From assembly GCA_010015805.1 (NCBI GenBank), contig ML978133.1, positions 558,001 to 622,000 on the forward strand: a stretch of DNA of 64,000 nt, given 5' to 3'. Shown piece by piece: positions 26,429 to 39,629 of the stretch; position 1 is the first letter of the stretch, and the number at the start of each line of letters is the position of its first letter. A program made the position numbers and the translations under genes. This stretch comes from Rhizodiscina lignyota (lineage: Eukaryota). The notes below the pieces were generated by a model. It was not told the origin of the DNA. It made no database searches and saw nothing but the letters and a program-made list of their open reading frames with translations.

Positions 26429-27202
26429 TTAGCGACGTGGTCCTGATGGAGCGAGACCAGGCACACCGCTGTACCGTTCCTCGCGCTCCGTCTTGAAGAG
26501 AACCTGGATCCAGAACTCCTTGAGGTCCTCGTCAAACCAAGTCCAGTACTTTCCCTCCCTTTTGTCCACCTCCCTTGCCTGGAGCTTGAAGCCACAGATC
26601 TCGTACGGCTCTGCTGCGACCAAGAGATACTGATACGTATTGTCCGGGTCCTCCACCTTCTGCTCGTACGCGCTCATGAATCGGATACGCGGAACCACTC
26701 CACTCGCGATCTCCGGGTACAGCAGCTGGAACAGAAGTCCTTGCTGTCTCGTCAGGGGGTCTCGAATCTTGGTGATCTTGTAGCCCGGACGGCCGATCTT
26801 GATGACGTTCTTGCGCACTTGAACCTGCTGACCCATTCCCGGCTGGAAGCCATCACGATCACCCCTTCCCTCCCTCTGATCCTTTGCCGCGCGACGCGCC
26901 AGGTTGGTCTGGTGCTTGCGGCCTTGGGTGTGTGCGAGGTAGGAGCCATCGTTCTGGTGGACAGTGAGGCAGAGACGGCACTCGAAGCTGCCGACGTGGT
27001 TCTTGAAGAAGTAGGGATCTTTGTCGAGGTCGATGGTTTCGAGCGCGAGCTTCCGAAGACGCTCACGGCGGTCGGCATTTGTCGCAGACTGCGAGGCAAC
27101 ACCGCCGCCACCGAACTTGGAACCTGCGCGGTTCTGTGTGTGTTAGCTCTAACAGCTCTGGAGGGGAAATGGTGATGATCGGGCTCTTACCTGGTAGTCC
27201 AT
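26429..27202 (-). CDS. SF3A2: Splicing factor 3A subunit 2 (Prp11/Sap62)
   Basis: MDYQ|NRAGSKFGGGGVAS...RRERLRKLALETIDLDKDPYFFKNHVGSFECRLCLTVHQNDGSYLAHTQGRKHQTNL (U1-type zinc finger) and KIGRPGYKITKIRDP...RFMSAYEQKVE. Confidence 0.96.
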
Positions 27203-27640
27203 GATGGCTTGAGATGTTCACAGTATGCGAGGAAGTGGAGGAGAGGAGCAATGCAGTCGAAATAGACTTCTCGACCGTTTTACGCAGGGTCGTGATGTGT
27301 GATGAGCTGGCAGCGCAGGGGTGGCGTGCGAAAAATAAATCCACTTCCGCAGAGCCTCACGCGAGTCCGTGCGTTTGATTAGTCAGCCGCACCCCACATG
27401 ACGATTTCACATGTGCTCTTTCCAACGCAAATCGACAACCACAGCAACATACCGATCTCCACACACAACACGCTGCCATTGCATAGCCATTGCCGCTCAA
27501 CACACTGCTTGTGGCCAAGTCAACTTCCACTCAATCTCCGATGGATGTGGCCGCAGAAGCGAACTTGAACGAACTTGAACGCGACGTTAAATACGGTGCG
27601 TTAACTTACACAATTCGCTGAACACAAGAATATTACACGC

Positions 27641-28755
27641 ATGGCTCCCCAGTCTCGTACCCAGCGCATGGTGGGACGCAGTGCATTCGTTCCGTACTTC
27701 TCAAAGCTCAAGACGACCACGTACTCCGACATTGCCCCTTCCACTCGTACCGCCAACCCACTGCACAGCATCAAAACGCTCGCCTGGTCTCCGCTTGGCA
27801 ACTTCATCGCAACAGGCGCTGGCGACAAGACCTTGCGTATCTGGAATCCGGAGAAGAACCAGGTTAAGAACTCGACTGAGCTGAAGGGACACGAGGGAGG
27901 TATCGAGCGCGTGGCATGGAACCCGATCAAGGAGGCCGAGTTGGCGAGCGTGAGCTCTGACGGCGTGGTCAAGTTCTGGGACGTCAGGAGCAGAGGCGTG
28001 GTCTGGGAGCAGAAGTTCGAGGGCGGAGGTCTCACCCTCGCGTGGAAGCCTGATGGCCAGGAGCTTGTGCTCGGCACTAAGGTGTGTAGATTCATGACCG
28101 AAGCCTACGAGAATGGCATGTTTCAGTTAACACATAGAACGCCTCGCAGAACGACATTCTGATCCCGATCTCGCGCAAAACCCAGTCTGTCCTGGGCACG
28201 TACAAGCAGGATGTCCAGACCAACCAGACCATCTTCTCCTGGTCGGGCACGGAGCTCTTTGCGACGACTGGAGAGGGCCAAGTCAAGATCTTTGATTACC
28301 CCACGATGGTAAGTGTGCTTCACCTAAACTGCGCAGCAGATGCTAATTAGGATGCGTAGGAGCAAATACACGTACTGAACGCTCACACTTCCGCCTGCCT
28401 CGCCCTCGACATGTCTCCAACCGGCGACTATCTCGCGGTTACCGGCTCCGATGCCCTGATCTCCCTATGGGACACCGCCGACTGGGTCTGCCCCCGCACA
28501 TTCTCCGACATGATGGAGCCCGCGCGCTCCGTGTCATTCTCGTTCGACGGAAGCTACATCGTCGGCAACAGCACAGAGGGCACCACCATAGACGTCGGGC
28601 ACGTGGAGTCTGGAGACGTCATCCACACGGTGGAGACGGGCACGAGTGGAGGGCATGGCTGCGTTGCTTGGGCGCCAAGAAACTACATGCTGGCGTATGC
28701 GGGTGAGAACCCGCAGGCTCTAATGATAGTCGGCGGGCTTGGAGGTGCAGCCTGA
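27641..28755 (+). CDS. THOC3: WD40 protein, THO/TREX subunit 3 (Tex1); 3 exons
   Basis: WD40 repeats IKTLAWSPLGNFIATGAGDKTLRIWNPE, ELKGHEGGIERVAWNP and AHTSACLALDMSPTGDYLAVTGSDALISLWDT, typical of THOC3. Confidence 0.85.
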
Positions 28756-30074
28756 TCGAATGATTAAATAGCTACTAGATACCCAATGTTTTTGGTGCCT
28801 GGACGCTTCTCCAGGTGCAAAAAGATGAACCCACAAAGTTCAATGACACCCGATAAGATCCTGGTGATGATTACAGTACACCTCTACCGTACTGGTTGCT
28901 TTCCTCGCCCTATTGCTTCTTCGACCGCACCATAGCATTGAAGGGCTTGTCCAGATTGGAGGTTCGAGCCACACCAAGTATCAGCGCGAGATATTCTGGT
29001 TGAAGAGCATCAAGCTCAAACTACTCCCAATCATAACCAAGTCGTTTCTCAAACACCTTGTGGGCCTTATTGTTCTAGCATTTCTCCATTTGCACGTCAA
29101 CGATGTGAGAGTTAGCTACAACAGATAAAAGAGAGATCAGATGGATTTCTCGTGGCTGATCTCAATTAAGTTACCACACCTCCGTATAGCTCCCCAACAT
29201 AACTCAACTGTTCCTCAGGTATACCAATGCTCCCGTCTACCCAATTGCGTTTATGGATACATGTACATGCTGTGCGACGTGTGCAAAGTTCGCAAGCTAC
29301 GCACGGACTTCTTATATGTGTGTACAGTTTTTCAAGGCGGTATAAATTGCCACTTGTTTTGCATACACCAAATGCCCAAGACTCATGGTATTGGAAGAGA
29401 TTCAAAGAATCCGGACCCCGGGCAACAGGCAGGAAAGACCGAGGGCTTGGTTCCCATAGAAGAAGGGTAGGATCGAACTGCAGCTCAGCCATGATGCTAG
29501 CTTTCTCTTCGCTAATGCTTCTTTAGGCCCATATACATGCTGTGGGACATGTGACAAGCCCACAAAATAAGCCATGCTAAGTCTCACTGTCGCTTCTTTC
29601 AACAGAGTCACAGAGCAGAAAGAGCTCCACGATAGAACCGAACTGCAGCTCAACCAACTTGCTGGCTTTGGCTTTGATAAAATCTCGCTGAACATATGTT
29701 CAAGCTAGGACTCGGGTGGAGATAAGGGGAGAAGATACTCAGAATTCCGCTATTCCTTCCTAGATCAACGTGACGGTGCACTCAAGCAGCTCCCAGCAAC
29801 GAGCGAACAACTGCTCAACATCTGTGCGCCGCACGCTCGATCTGAGTCTTCTCAAACGCGAAAACGAGCTGCCGCACTGATCTCATTAGCCCTAGTGTGA
29901 GCCAAGCCTCTCCTCACACTGGTCATTCAACCTATTTCGATCTGATAATCGTGGCTCCGCGTGTCCATCGTACCGAAACTCAGCGGGACATCGCCTCAGA
30001 TTGACGAAGATTCGGCCGGACATCGCACTGCTAAAGTCACGCAAGGGTGCTGGCAGATTCCGAACCTAGCAATA

Positions 30075-31840
30075 TCATGGCACATTTCCCATCCTCGTGG
30101 AATCCAGAGATGATTCAGACGCAGCTCGAGTTTCCTTAAAGCCCTCAAAATACTTCATCTTGTTAGTATACCATTCGAATAGAGAGCTGCGCAGTCCCTA
30201 ACCTTTTTGCGGAAACTATTCAAGTCATCCGCATGGATACCGGTACCGTTGCTTCGCTTGCTCGTCTTCGTAGCGGCTGGAACTGCAACGCCTCCCAGTC
30301 GACGATATGTTAACAGGCGTCGAGACCCTGCATGATGTTAGCAGACTCGTCTTCGAGAATTCTTGTCTGGCATAGTGCATGCTCACACTTGTTGAAAGGC
30401 TGTACACATATGCTAACGATTTCCAAGCATTCGTGAGTTGGAATAGCAAACTCGACATCCTCATCGTTCGCCGTAGGCATCCACATCGCAAGTCTCCCGC
30501 TATCCACCAACGTGCGGGCTGCGAAATCGAGAATGTCGTCCAGCATGGCCTCAAAGCTGTATGGTCGCTTAGGTGGTATGTAACCCTCTTGTCTGCCACG
30601 AATGTTAGCACTCCATCGCTTGTGGGTGCATTAGACGTACAGATGTGCAAGCTTGCCATCAATGTAAACTGCCTCTGTTCCAGACCCGTCTTTCGTACCA
30701 AGAACCTTCAATCCCTCTCTAACCCCGTAAGGCGGATCGCAAACTATGCCATCCAGGACACGGTCAAGCCTTAATGGAGTATTGGTCAAATCGGAGACGA
30801 AACCGTCCAGCCATCGTCCTGTCAGCGCGTACTGTGTAAAGTTTGACATCAGATTACAGGTAGGCTTGCCTCGAATGGATCGGCCGTCAATGTCACTCCC
30901 AATTGACCTTGCACCAAAGTGAGCGCAGGCGATCGGAAAACTGCCTGTACCGACGAATGGATCGAAGAACATTTTCCCCGGCGCCGCTTGCGCCATGTTA
31001 GCAGTCACCAGGGCAAGCTCAGAGTCCATGGAGGTGGTGCTGATATAGTGGCGTTTCTTCAGATCGTACTTCGTGATGACATCTCGATCGCTATTGGCGA
31101 TAAAGCGACAGAGATAGAGCATTCTCGGAATTTCGACGCTGAGATCGTGCTCTTGGAACACGAAGAATTCTGTATCAGCATTTGCCATGACGATTGGCCC
31201 TTCGAAGTCCAGGTAACTGAATGATTCGATAATCTTGCGCTGCTCGGATGTCTTCATCTTGTACTGGAACCCAACCACTGAGAAGCGGAATGAACAGGTT
31301 CGAAATTCAGACCATTTGTGCCCCGAACGACGACGGACATCTTCATGCAGTTCTTCGTACGATGTTCCTATACCCCAAAGCTCGTATATTCCCTGGCCGA
31401 GTATTGATCTTGAAATCAACAGCCGAGCAGCAGCTTCTGATTGAAGTCGGACTAAACAATAGGGATACTACGACATCAAGAATTAGTCTGTCGTTCGGTG
31501 TTCGGAATTAAGCAGGCTATGGGGGCCCTGACCGAAGCTGCGTTACGCTAGAAAAACTAATCCCGAGAAGTAGATTGAACTATTATATATGCGCAGAAAA
31601 TAGAAACGTAAGAATTGGAACCCGCTTGTCAGATGGCGGTGGTCAAAACGAAAACTCAATATTCAGAAGACGGTATGAGAGCCTCGGTCAAGGCTCCATT
31701 CACCTAGCCTATCAAAGGTTGCATACGTTTGATTGATAATTCACCACATCAAGTTTGATGTTATGGAGGTCTGCAAGCGCTTCCAATTCCGCTCTGCGAA
31801 AGCTTTCGTGAACCTGAACGAAGCGCACGAGGTAATCCAT
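30075..31840 (-). CDS. TRM11: tRNA (guanine-10, N2) methyltransferase (multi-exon)
   Basis: MDYLVRFVQVHESFRRAELEALA; YDLKKRHYISTTSMDSELALVTANMA; FDPFVGTGSF; IVCDPPYGVREG; last exon YFEGFK. Confidence 0.95.
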
Positions 31841-32135
31841 GGCGCTCAGTTCTCCAGTTCCATGGTCTGATAGCTGTTTGTAAGTGGAGTGTGAGTGTCG
31901 ACTTCACTGTCTGGCCAGATGTGGCCTAATCCAGTGGACATCCTGACTCTATAATTTTTCATGGAAGTGTCATGAGTGTCTCGTGCACGTCGGCTGATCT
32001 TCGGCTTCGACGAGCTTTATCAAAAGTTCGACATGGGCAAATTCCGTAAGTTCAATTCTACTGAAGGATCACGAATTGTCACGTATTCCACTTAGCCGAG
32101 TGCTTGATTACGAGGCGAAGAGCTTCAAATTGAGA

Positions 32136-32632
32136 ATGAGTCAATTCGGCGGCCCTGGTGGCAGTCGAACCACTTTCAAACCAATCCCGTACGTACCCAT
32201 GGAATTCACCTGAGACGCGTAGCTCACTACTATTAGGCCAGAACGCGGTTCCTTTCCCCTCGACCATGACGGTATGGATTGAACTCCAACGAGCAATCAC
32301 ATCAGAGCCTAACCGAGCCCGAGCAGGAGAGTGCAAGCACATAATGGCCCAATACCTCAAGTGCATCCGCTCGCACCGCGGCGAGAACGACGAAGAGTGT
32401 CGCCTGCTCTCGAAGGGCTATTTGCAATGCCGCATGGATCGGTTCGTAATCCCACTTGCTTCGGCGAATACGCCAGCGCTTGGACGGGAGGACTAATTGG
32501 CCATATTCGGATTGCAGTAATCTCATGGCGCCAGACCAGATGAAGAATCTCGGCTTCAGCGACGCGCAGGACGGCAAGACGACCCCTGTGACACCGACCA
32601 CTACGGCGATTGCAACCCCGCAGAAAGGTTGA
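32136..32632 (+). CDS. COX19: Cytochrome c oxidase assembly factor, twin CX9C (4 exons)
   Basis: Spliced [44 protein letters not shown]...ECRLLSKGYLQCRMDRNLMAPDQMKNLGF. Confidence 0.95.
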
Positions 32633-33778
32633 TTAGCACGATCCCACAAGTACACCCACCGCTCGGGCATCAGCCGACGACGAGACCCTCCGAATGTCTT
32701 GTAAATGATCAAATCATATTTCTCCCTCCGGCAGACCGCAAGCGCCTGTCATCCCCAGGGACACATATCCGGTACATTACACAAGCCAGGGGCACACAGC
32801 GTTGGAGTTACACGATCGCACTCGGTAGATTCGGCAAGGAGAGACAGGTCTCAGCGACCGGATCAGGCGAGCTCGTGGTGGGCGGTTTCACTCGATGCAA
32901 GGGACTGTGAACCTGGAGTAGAGCCAAGGGTCTCCGAAATTAGCAGTTGATGAAGGCGGTGGAGGAATGGTGACGTATTGGATAGGTTTCAATGGCCGGA
33001 ATGGATATGTTGACATTTGCACGATATCACACTTGAGCAGAACAAAGCGACGATGTTGAAAGTAGAGGTGTTGATTTCATGCACTGGTCTCGATCCCCAT
33101 AAAACGCACCGGAGGCATCCGGGGCACTCCTGTCATGATGAAAAAGCAAGAAGCCGAAAAGCCCACATATGCCGCCTGCCTTAAATCAGGGCTCATCATG
33201 ATAACGCCAATCTCAGCAGGTGAAAACTCCCTTGTCAAATGCAGCAACGTAGAAAAAGAAAACATTCAGTCGCTCGGCATCCATCCATCAACATGACGAA
33301 AGGGTTGAAATGAATGACATGACATGGATTTCAAGATTGCCGCCCACGAGGCAAAAGCAAGGTGCAGCAAACCCCAGCAAGATAACGACATCAGCACAAA
33401 GTTAGAAAAGGAGCCTCGTTAGATCGGCGGGTCAACGATTCCGCAAAGACAAGAGCATCAAATGAGAAGGGAAGAGGTATCATCATGTCGGAAAGGGTAT
33501 TAGAATGCCAAACAATGACGAGAAAGGTATAAATTTCAAGCCGTCCTCCCAAATGTACCAAAAGCGCAAAGAAAAAATTGGAAGAAAATGAGAAAAACAA
33601 AAACGGGCGAATGGACATAAAGGCCACCCCTTTCCATCCATGCGTTACTTGCTGTCTCAGGGGGTATCTCAAAAGACTGAACTGATGCTCTGACTTCGCA
33701 AAATCTCCCGCAAATGAACCCATACCAGAAAACTTCTCATCCCAAAAGCACACCTCATGCTGTAATGCGAAAATGAGT

Positions 33779-35509
33779 CTAGCCCATGTCCATGCCAAAC
33801 TCATCTTCCTCTTTAAGCGCGAAGTTGTCGTCGCTGTTCGGCTGGTGGCCGACCCAGAAGCTTCCGTCATTCTGTGCCTCGCCACTTCCACCGCTTGCAA
33901 CACCGGGGCTCAAGCTCTGCGGAGAATCCGCAGCGCCCTGCAGCGGCTCGCCAGCATAGTTGGTATGCTTTGGCACACGCAAACCGCTGCCTGGGAAGCG
34001 AGAATACTCAAACTGAGCGACTCCATTGCGCTGCACTGCATCGGACAGCTCGGTGATCATGCGCTTCTCGTCTTCGTCGGTAGGGAAGGGCCAAGGGCGA
34101 CCTTCTGCAGCGAACTGGCTCTTGAGCTTGTTCTCATTCTCGATCTTCTGATACAGGAGCCACATCAGATCACGCGTCCAGCTGACGGAGCTGTTGAGGA
34201 TGTCGCCTTTGTTCGGTCCCTTGTCCTTTTCATCGGGCGGGAGACCTTGCGTTATGCCGCCAGCGGCACGACGTCCACTTCCACCTGCGAGCAAGGATGT
34301 TGCCTGGGGCGGAGAGATACCACCCGCAGCAAGACCGGGTGAGAGGGGACCGTTGGCAGTGATGTGCTTCCTGATCTTCTCATCCTCGAGGCGATGTTGT
34401 GGTACCAACTTGGACAAGTCTTGAATGCGCTCGTTGATGTTATCTCGGCGACGGCGCTCAACGAGGTTGTGAGATTCCCTACGACGGCGGCGCTTCGCTT
34501 CTTGTGACTGGTAATTTGGACCAGCGCCGTCTACCTTGGCAGGCAGCGAGGCGTGTTTGCCCGAGGAGATGACTTCTGAAATCTGTGGATGATGAAGGCT
34601 GCCCTGGTGGGGCGACTGAGCTGGGGAATCAACCCAGGAGCCGCTGCCCGGTGTGCCATTCCACTGACCGGACTCACTCCGGTTCTGGCGATGGAATTGC
34701 TGATTGGACAGGAAGTTGCCAGAGTCTGGCGTTCCGAGGTGTAAACCATTGATCTTCGGCGTCATTGGGCTGCGCTCTGAAGGATGCCGAGACATTTGTG
34801 GCGGGAGTTTGTTGCGGAACGAGCCATTCTGGACCACTGATCCAGGCATGCTTGGCCCAAAGCCCGAATAATCAAAATTGCCATTTTGAAATGGACTCAT
34901 GATTGGTGCGCCGTCTGGAGTGTTTGAGTACATCTGTTGCATGCGCTGCTGCTGATTCACAGGCATGCCTGATTGGTGGCCCTGGTTTTGGAACACGTTC
35001 TGGGCGTTCTGTTGCATCTGATTGCCATCCTCGTGGGGGTTGTAGGGGTTAAGATCCAGCAACTCGTCGTCTGTAATGTTCGATTTGCCGACTAGATAAC
35101 CTCCGGAGACGTTGCCGTTGCCGAAAGAATTGTTCATGCCATTGCCCATGCTATTGCTCATTGTGAGATCAGAAGGATTGACACTGCCCATGTCCATGTT
35201 TTGACCCTGAAACTGTTGGTTCTGGTATTGTTGCGGCATGTTGATGAAGTTTGAGTTGAACGAAAACTCGTCCTCTTCGCTCTTGATATATGGTGAGCCG
35301 TGGCTGTCCATTGTGAGGGAATCGGTGGGTGAGACTTGGTAGGTGTTGACGCTAATGTCACCGTTGAAGGATGACTTTAGGGTGTTGTTTCCAGCAGATG
35401 GATTTCTGCCGTATATGCGATCGTCTGCTCACACTATGAGCCATGCCCTTTGCATATATTTGCGTGTGGGGCTGGTAAGGATTGGAAAACACTCACATGC
35501 AATGACCAT
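33779..35509 (-). CDS. bHLH transcription factor (Rtg3/MiT-TFE-like class); start tentative, may be 35311
   Basis: KRRRRRESHNLVERRRRDNINERIQDLSKLVP...NKGDILNSSVSW is a bHLH with a long loop. A short in-frame upstream exon (MVIAY) is joined through an intron at about 35425-35496. Confidence 0.88.
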
Positions 35510-38041
35510 TCCGTTGAGACTGTTAGTTAGTAGAACAGCCGTAGACAGGACGCGCTGCCGCACGAGGCGTACGCTTATAGAACACACAAAATGGCCTGAT
35601 GGACTGAGGTCTCAGCGTCCGCTGTCCCTTCCTAGACTTTAAGGCGCTGGCAAGTGATTGTGTTCTTGAGTATGAGGAGCAAAAAGTGTAGATTTGCTAG
35701 GGTAGCAAGTGTCGTTGGAATAAAGGTGATGCGTGCTCCTAAGCTGGCTCCTCAGGGTTTCCGCGGCTTCGACGTTGATGTAATCCGGAGGTGGCTTAGA
35801 AAGAAAAAGCCAATGACGTGTGGGTATTCCTCGGAGTTCAGGCGAGGATAGCCGAGGACGGATAATGGCGAAGTTTGTGTGTTTTAATGATCCTACTCAA
35901 GGGTTTGTCAGTGGGCGGAACTGGAAGGAAAGGCGTGCGTCATATTGTGGGGTGTGGCCAAAGGGAAGCGGACACGCTGGAACAATGAGCATCGGCGGCG
36001 CAGGCGGTGTTTGAATGGATTAGAGCGTCGATTGAGCAGTAATATGTCCATAATTGCACCGGCCTGCTGTCCGCAGAGTGCGCTGCTCATGGTGCTCGAG
36101 CGTCGCCGCATATGCAGGGCCACAGAATTTTTCTTCTGAAAGCGCGGGATGGTGGGATTGTGTTAATGACAAGGCTCGGACTCACCTCAATGGCTTGTGT
36201 GAAAGAGTTATATGAGTTGAAGCGACGTGTGAATGTGCTCTCGGTACACAGTCGAGTGAGGTGTAAGTTTGTTGAAGGGGTGTGTTGAGAGTCGGCGTTA
36301 AGAAGTGACGGGGCGGTGTAAAGGCGATTGTTTCGGCAGCGCTGGAAGTTCGACCGTAGGAGGTGCTAATAAGCAGGCCCAGTGTCGAGGACTGCGTGCA
36401 GCGGAAAGCACAGGGCCGACGATTGTCGCGCAAACAGATGAGCGTTTGCTGGGAGTGGATGGAGGGGTGTTGCACGGCGTGAAGAGGCCAGAGAAGTGAC
36501 GATAGCGGGGGATTGTCGGCCGGCTAGCGGAGGCTTTATTACGATGCTCGTTGCAGATCGCTGGCTGCAAGCGATCTGGTGAAGCGCAAGCTGAGGCACC
36601 ACAGCGCGAGCTGGCAGGGGAGAGGGCCGGAGAGAGGGTGAAAGGGATGCAGGACGTGGACGAGTGAAGCGTGCGTGCGAATCAAAGGCTGAGGGAATTC
36701 GCTGAGGTTGTCGGTACGCCAAGCAACAGCGCCCCGGCTGGCGACGTAAGTAGAGCAAAATCCTTGGACGGCGAGGCGGTGGAAGCGCGGCTGCTGGCGA
36801 ATGGTAGCCTACTGCTCTCACGACCTCACGAGCTGCTGGCGCCGTGAAACTTTGACGGCGTCGGACGGCTCGGCGAGCGGGTGGCGAGTAAGTGGAAACG
36901 GCGACGTTATAGGCAGGCAGAGGTGACGACGGCCTGCTTCTCAAAGCTTCTTGATTCAGTATTGAGGGGATTGCAGAGGTAGAGCGGTATGCAGGAGCAA
37001 CGAGTCCAATCAGGAGGAGTGGCAGAAGCTTTGTCCGCTACGCATGCAGGAGAGGAGGCGAGGATTAATATATACTTCTGCACGTCAAGGCAGGCGGCTC
37101 TTTTCGATGGGCAGCATGGCAGCACATTCCTACTACGGTGGCTTGTACATTACAGAACGGAGCATCGCTTTCGTTCCCACCGCACGCCGCTTCTGACCAT
37201 GGCCATTGATCAGAAGATGGCTCCAGTCTCACTCCTGTTTCTTACGCTCAATGTGAGTCATGGACCGGCGCTCGAGGCAGCGTTTGTGCAAACCGACTCT
37301 AGTAAGCCACCACCCGCATCATCCGTTCGCAGACTGACGAGCAGAGGGTGGAGGGGAGGTATGATGGGGGAGGCATGAGTGCGGTTTGGGAGGGTGGGCA
37401 TTACAGCTCGAAGCCACACAGACCGGCGGCCGTTGGCTCGTGCCCATCGCCGCCTAACGTGGCTTAGCCCGCCCGAGCTTCTCTACACCACCACGCTATA
37501 GTGAGGATGGAGCAGCAAAGTCTTGAATACTAAATCCTTGAGCCTCGAGCTCCATTCCATCCACACGGAAAACCGCTGCCGTCCAATCACTCTCCATAGC
37601 CACGGCATCCTCATCTCTGCTCTCATTGTCTTGTCATTGCCTCTCGCGGCGTCGAGACACTTCTCCATTACTCGCTCCAGTCGCCTTCTTGCCTTGGAAT
37701 CATACGCCCTTTGCACCGGGCTTCATCTGTCTCAGACCCTCTAGTGAGCGAACCTCACCGTCTACGCCCCGCTAGAAGCTAGAAGCCCCTCCCGCCGTTC
37801 CGCGGCGATCTTCTGCGCGTTTCCCTCCACCGTACACGCCATCGCCTCTTCTTGTCGTTGCCTGCGGCACGCGCTAGCTCCTCACACCCTCGTAAATACT
37901 GCTTCGTCATTATCGAAGGACTTCTCGGTTTCTTCAACACCATCAACTTCGCATACACTAGGCGGCAAGGGCGGCAGCACAATATCTGGTGTTTGAAGAC
38001 TGCTACACCAGCCTCCCTCGTCCCCAGTCCTACCCATCAGC

Positions 38042-39484
38042 ATGGCTTCGGCATCCTTTCGCGACTCCATGAATTCCTTGGGGTGGAGTCGCCGCGACCC
38101 AGACATTCCTGTGAACACATCTTCACAACAGCCGTTACTGGGCAGGCTCCAATCTCTGAATCCTTTTGGGAGTGGTGGTGGCGGTGTTAGGCTACCGACA
38201 CAAGAGGGGCCTGGGGCACCTCTCCCAGCGCCCACAAGGCGCGAAGAGGAAGAAGGCTGGTTTGCATGTAAGTCGATGCTACCTTTCTTTTTGCGAGATA
38301 TCCTCCGAAGGAAGATTATTCTGTTGCAGAAGATCTGCACGGATCGATGTGCCAGAAGTGACAGCTACACGGTTCCTGCGCATACACCTTTCGTGCATTA
38401 GACCCGCATGAGCCGTTTTCTGGGGTCACACATGGCACCTTTACAAGCACTGAGTGGCTTATTCAAAAGAAACGTGTGGCGCGACTGACAACAACTGGCT
38501 GTAGTGAGTCGATGGGACAAGATGCTCATTTTCGGCGGCCTGAATATTGCAGCCGCCGCGTTGTTTGTCACCTGCTTTGTCTTGCTGCCTACGGGCGTAT
38601 TTGCCTTGAAGCCGAGGAAATTCGTCATATTGTGAGTGATTTTCATTAATTTCCACCGTTTGCCTGCGTTTGTCCATTCTAGAGCTCTGTGCTTTGTGAT
38701 TCCCGATATGGAGATCTGCACAAAGTCTCCGCACTTCAGAGGCTCAGCCACACGTAATCCAAGACAAGTCGAAGTGTAGGGGGATCATGCGGCTACGCTC
38801 TGGGCGCTAGCTTCGGTCCGTCCAACGCTTGGCCTCCTTATTCCAATCATCACCTGGCGATAGCACATGGACAATTGACTGACAAGATGTTCCTAGATGG
38901 ACGATGGGATCTGTCCTATTCCTCGCGTCTTGGGCTGTCTTGATGGGTCCGATAACATACAGTAAGGGCGACGCAGGAACACCAACGCAGGGTCCGAGAC
39001 GTTCTGACATTGTTCACAGTGCAACATCTGGCTTCAGGGCCGCGGTTACCATTTACAGCGGTATATTTGGGGAGCATCGCTCTCACGTTGTATTTTTCAA
39101 TAGGGGTAAGTCGCCACTCTCCCTTTACAAATTCAGCCGTATCCATGTCGGGGACGTCGGAGACGCGTCGCGCCCCACCACACCTCCTCATTGCGACTCC
39201 CCGGTTGCAAGAATGCTTTCCCATCATGTTTCCCTATCCTCCATTCCAAAAGGCGCTAGACGCTGTCACGCGCCTGCCGGCCTTCCGACGAGTTCCAGAT
39301 TGAGGGCTAACGCGACCTATGACTTCTGCAGCTCCACAGTACCATCCTCACTCTACTTTCTGCGATCGTCCAGCTCATTGCGCTTCTGTGGTATCTGGTT
39401 TCTTACTTTCCCATGGGAAGCACGGGACTCCGCTTCGCGGCGCGCGTTGGTGGAAACAGGGTCGCCGCGTGGATGAACAACTAG
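38042..39484 (+). CDS. SFT2: Got1/Sft2-family vesicle transport protein (5 exons)
   Basis: MASASFRDSMNSLGWSRRD...EEEGWFA|LSRWDKMLIFGG...LKPRKFVIL|WTMGS...HLASGPRLPFTAVYLGSIALTLYFS...WYLVSYFPMGSTGLRF; four hydrophobic segments. Confidence 0.92.
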
Positions 39485-39629
39485 GATGTTCCCTTGTACA
39501 TGTTTCTCAAAAGCTACACATCCAAGTTTTTCTAGAAGAAAAAGTTGGGGCCGCTATGCGGCCGTGTCCGATATCATACATTACTACATCACCTTACTAT
39601 TTTCGCAACAGGCCCTTTTGCATTCCTCC

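Noticed and set aside
29455..29670. Diverged direct repeat around CGAACTGCAGCTCA (about 29474 and 29639)
   Set aside because: Only two short copies, with no snoRNA boxes, terminal repeats or array structure. It is not a CRISPR.
30196..30203. CCCTAACC, a canonical telomere-like word
   Set aside because: A single short match at a TRM11 intron donor with no TER-like structure around it.
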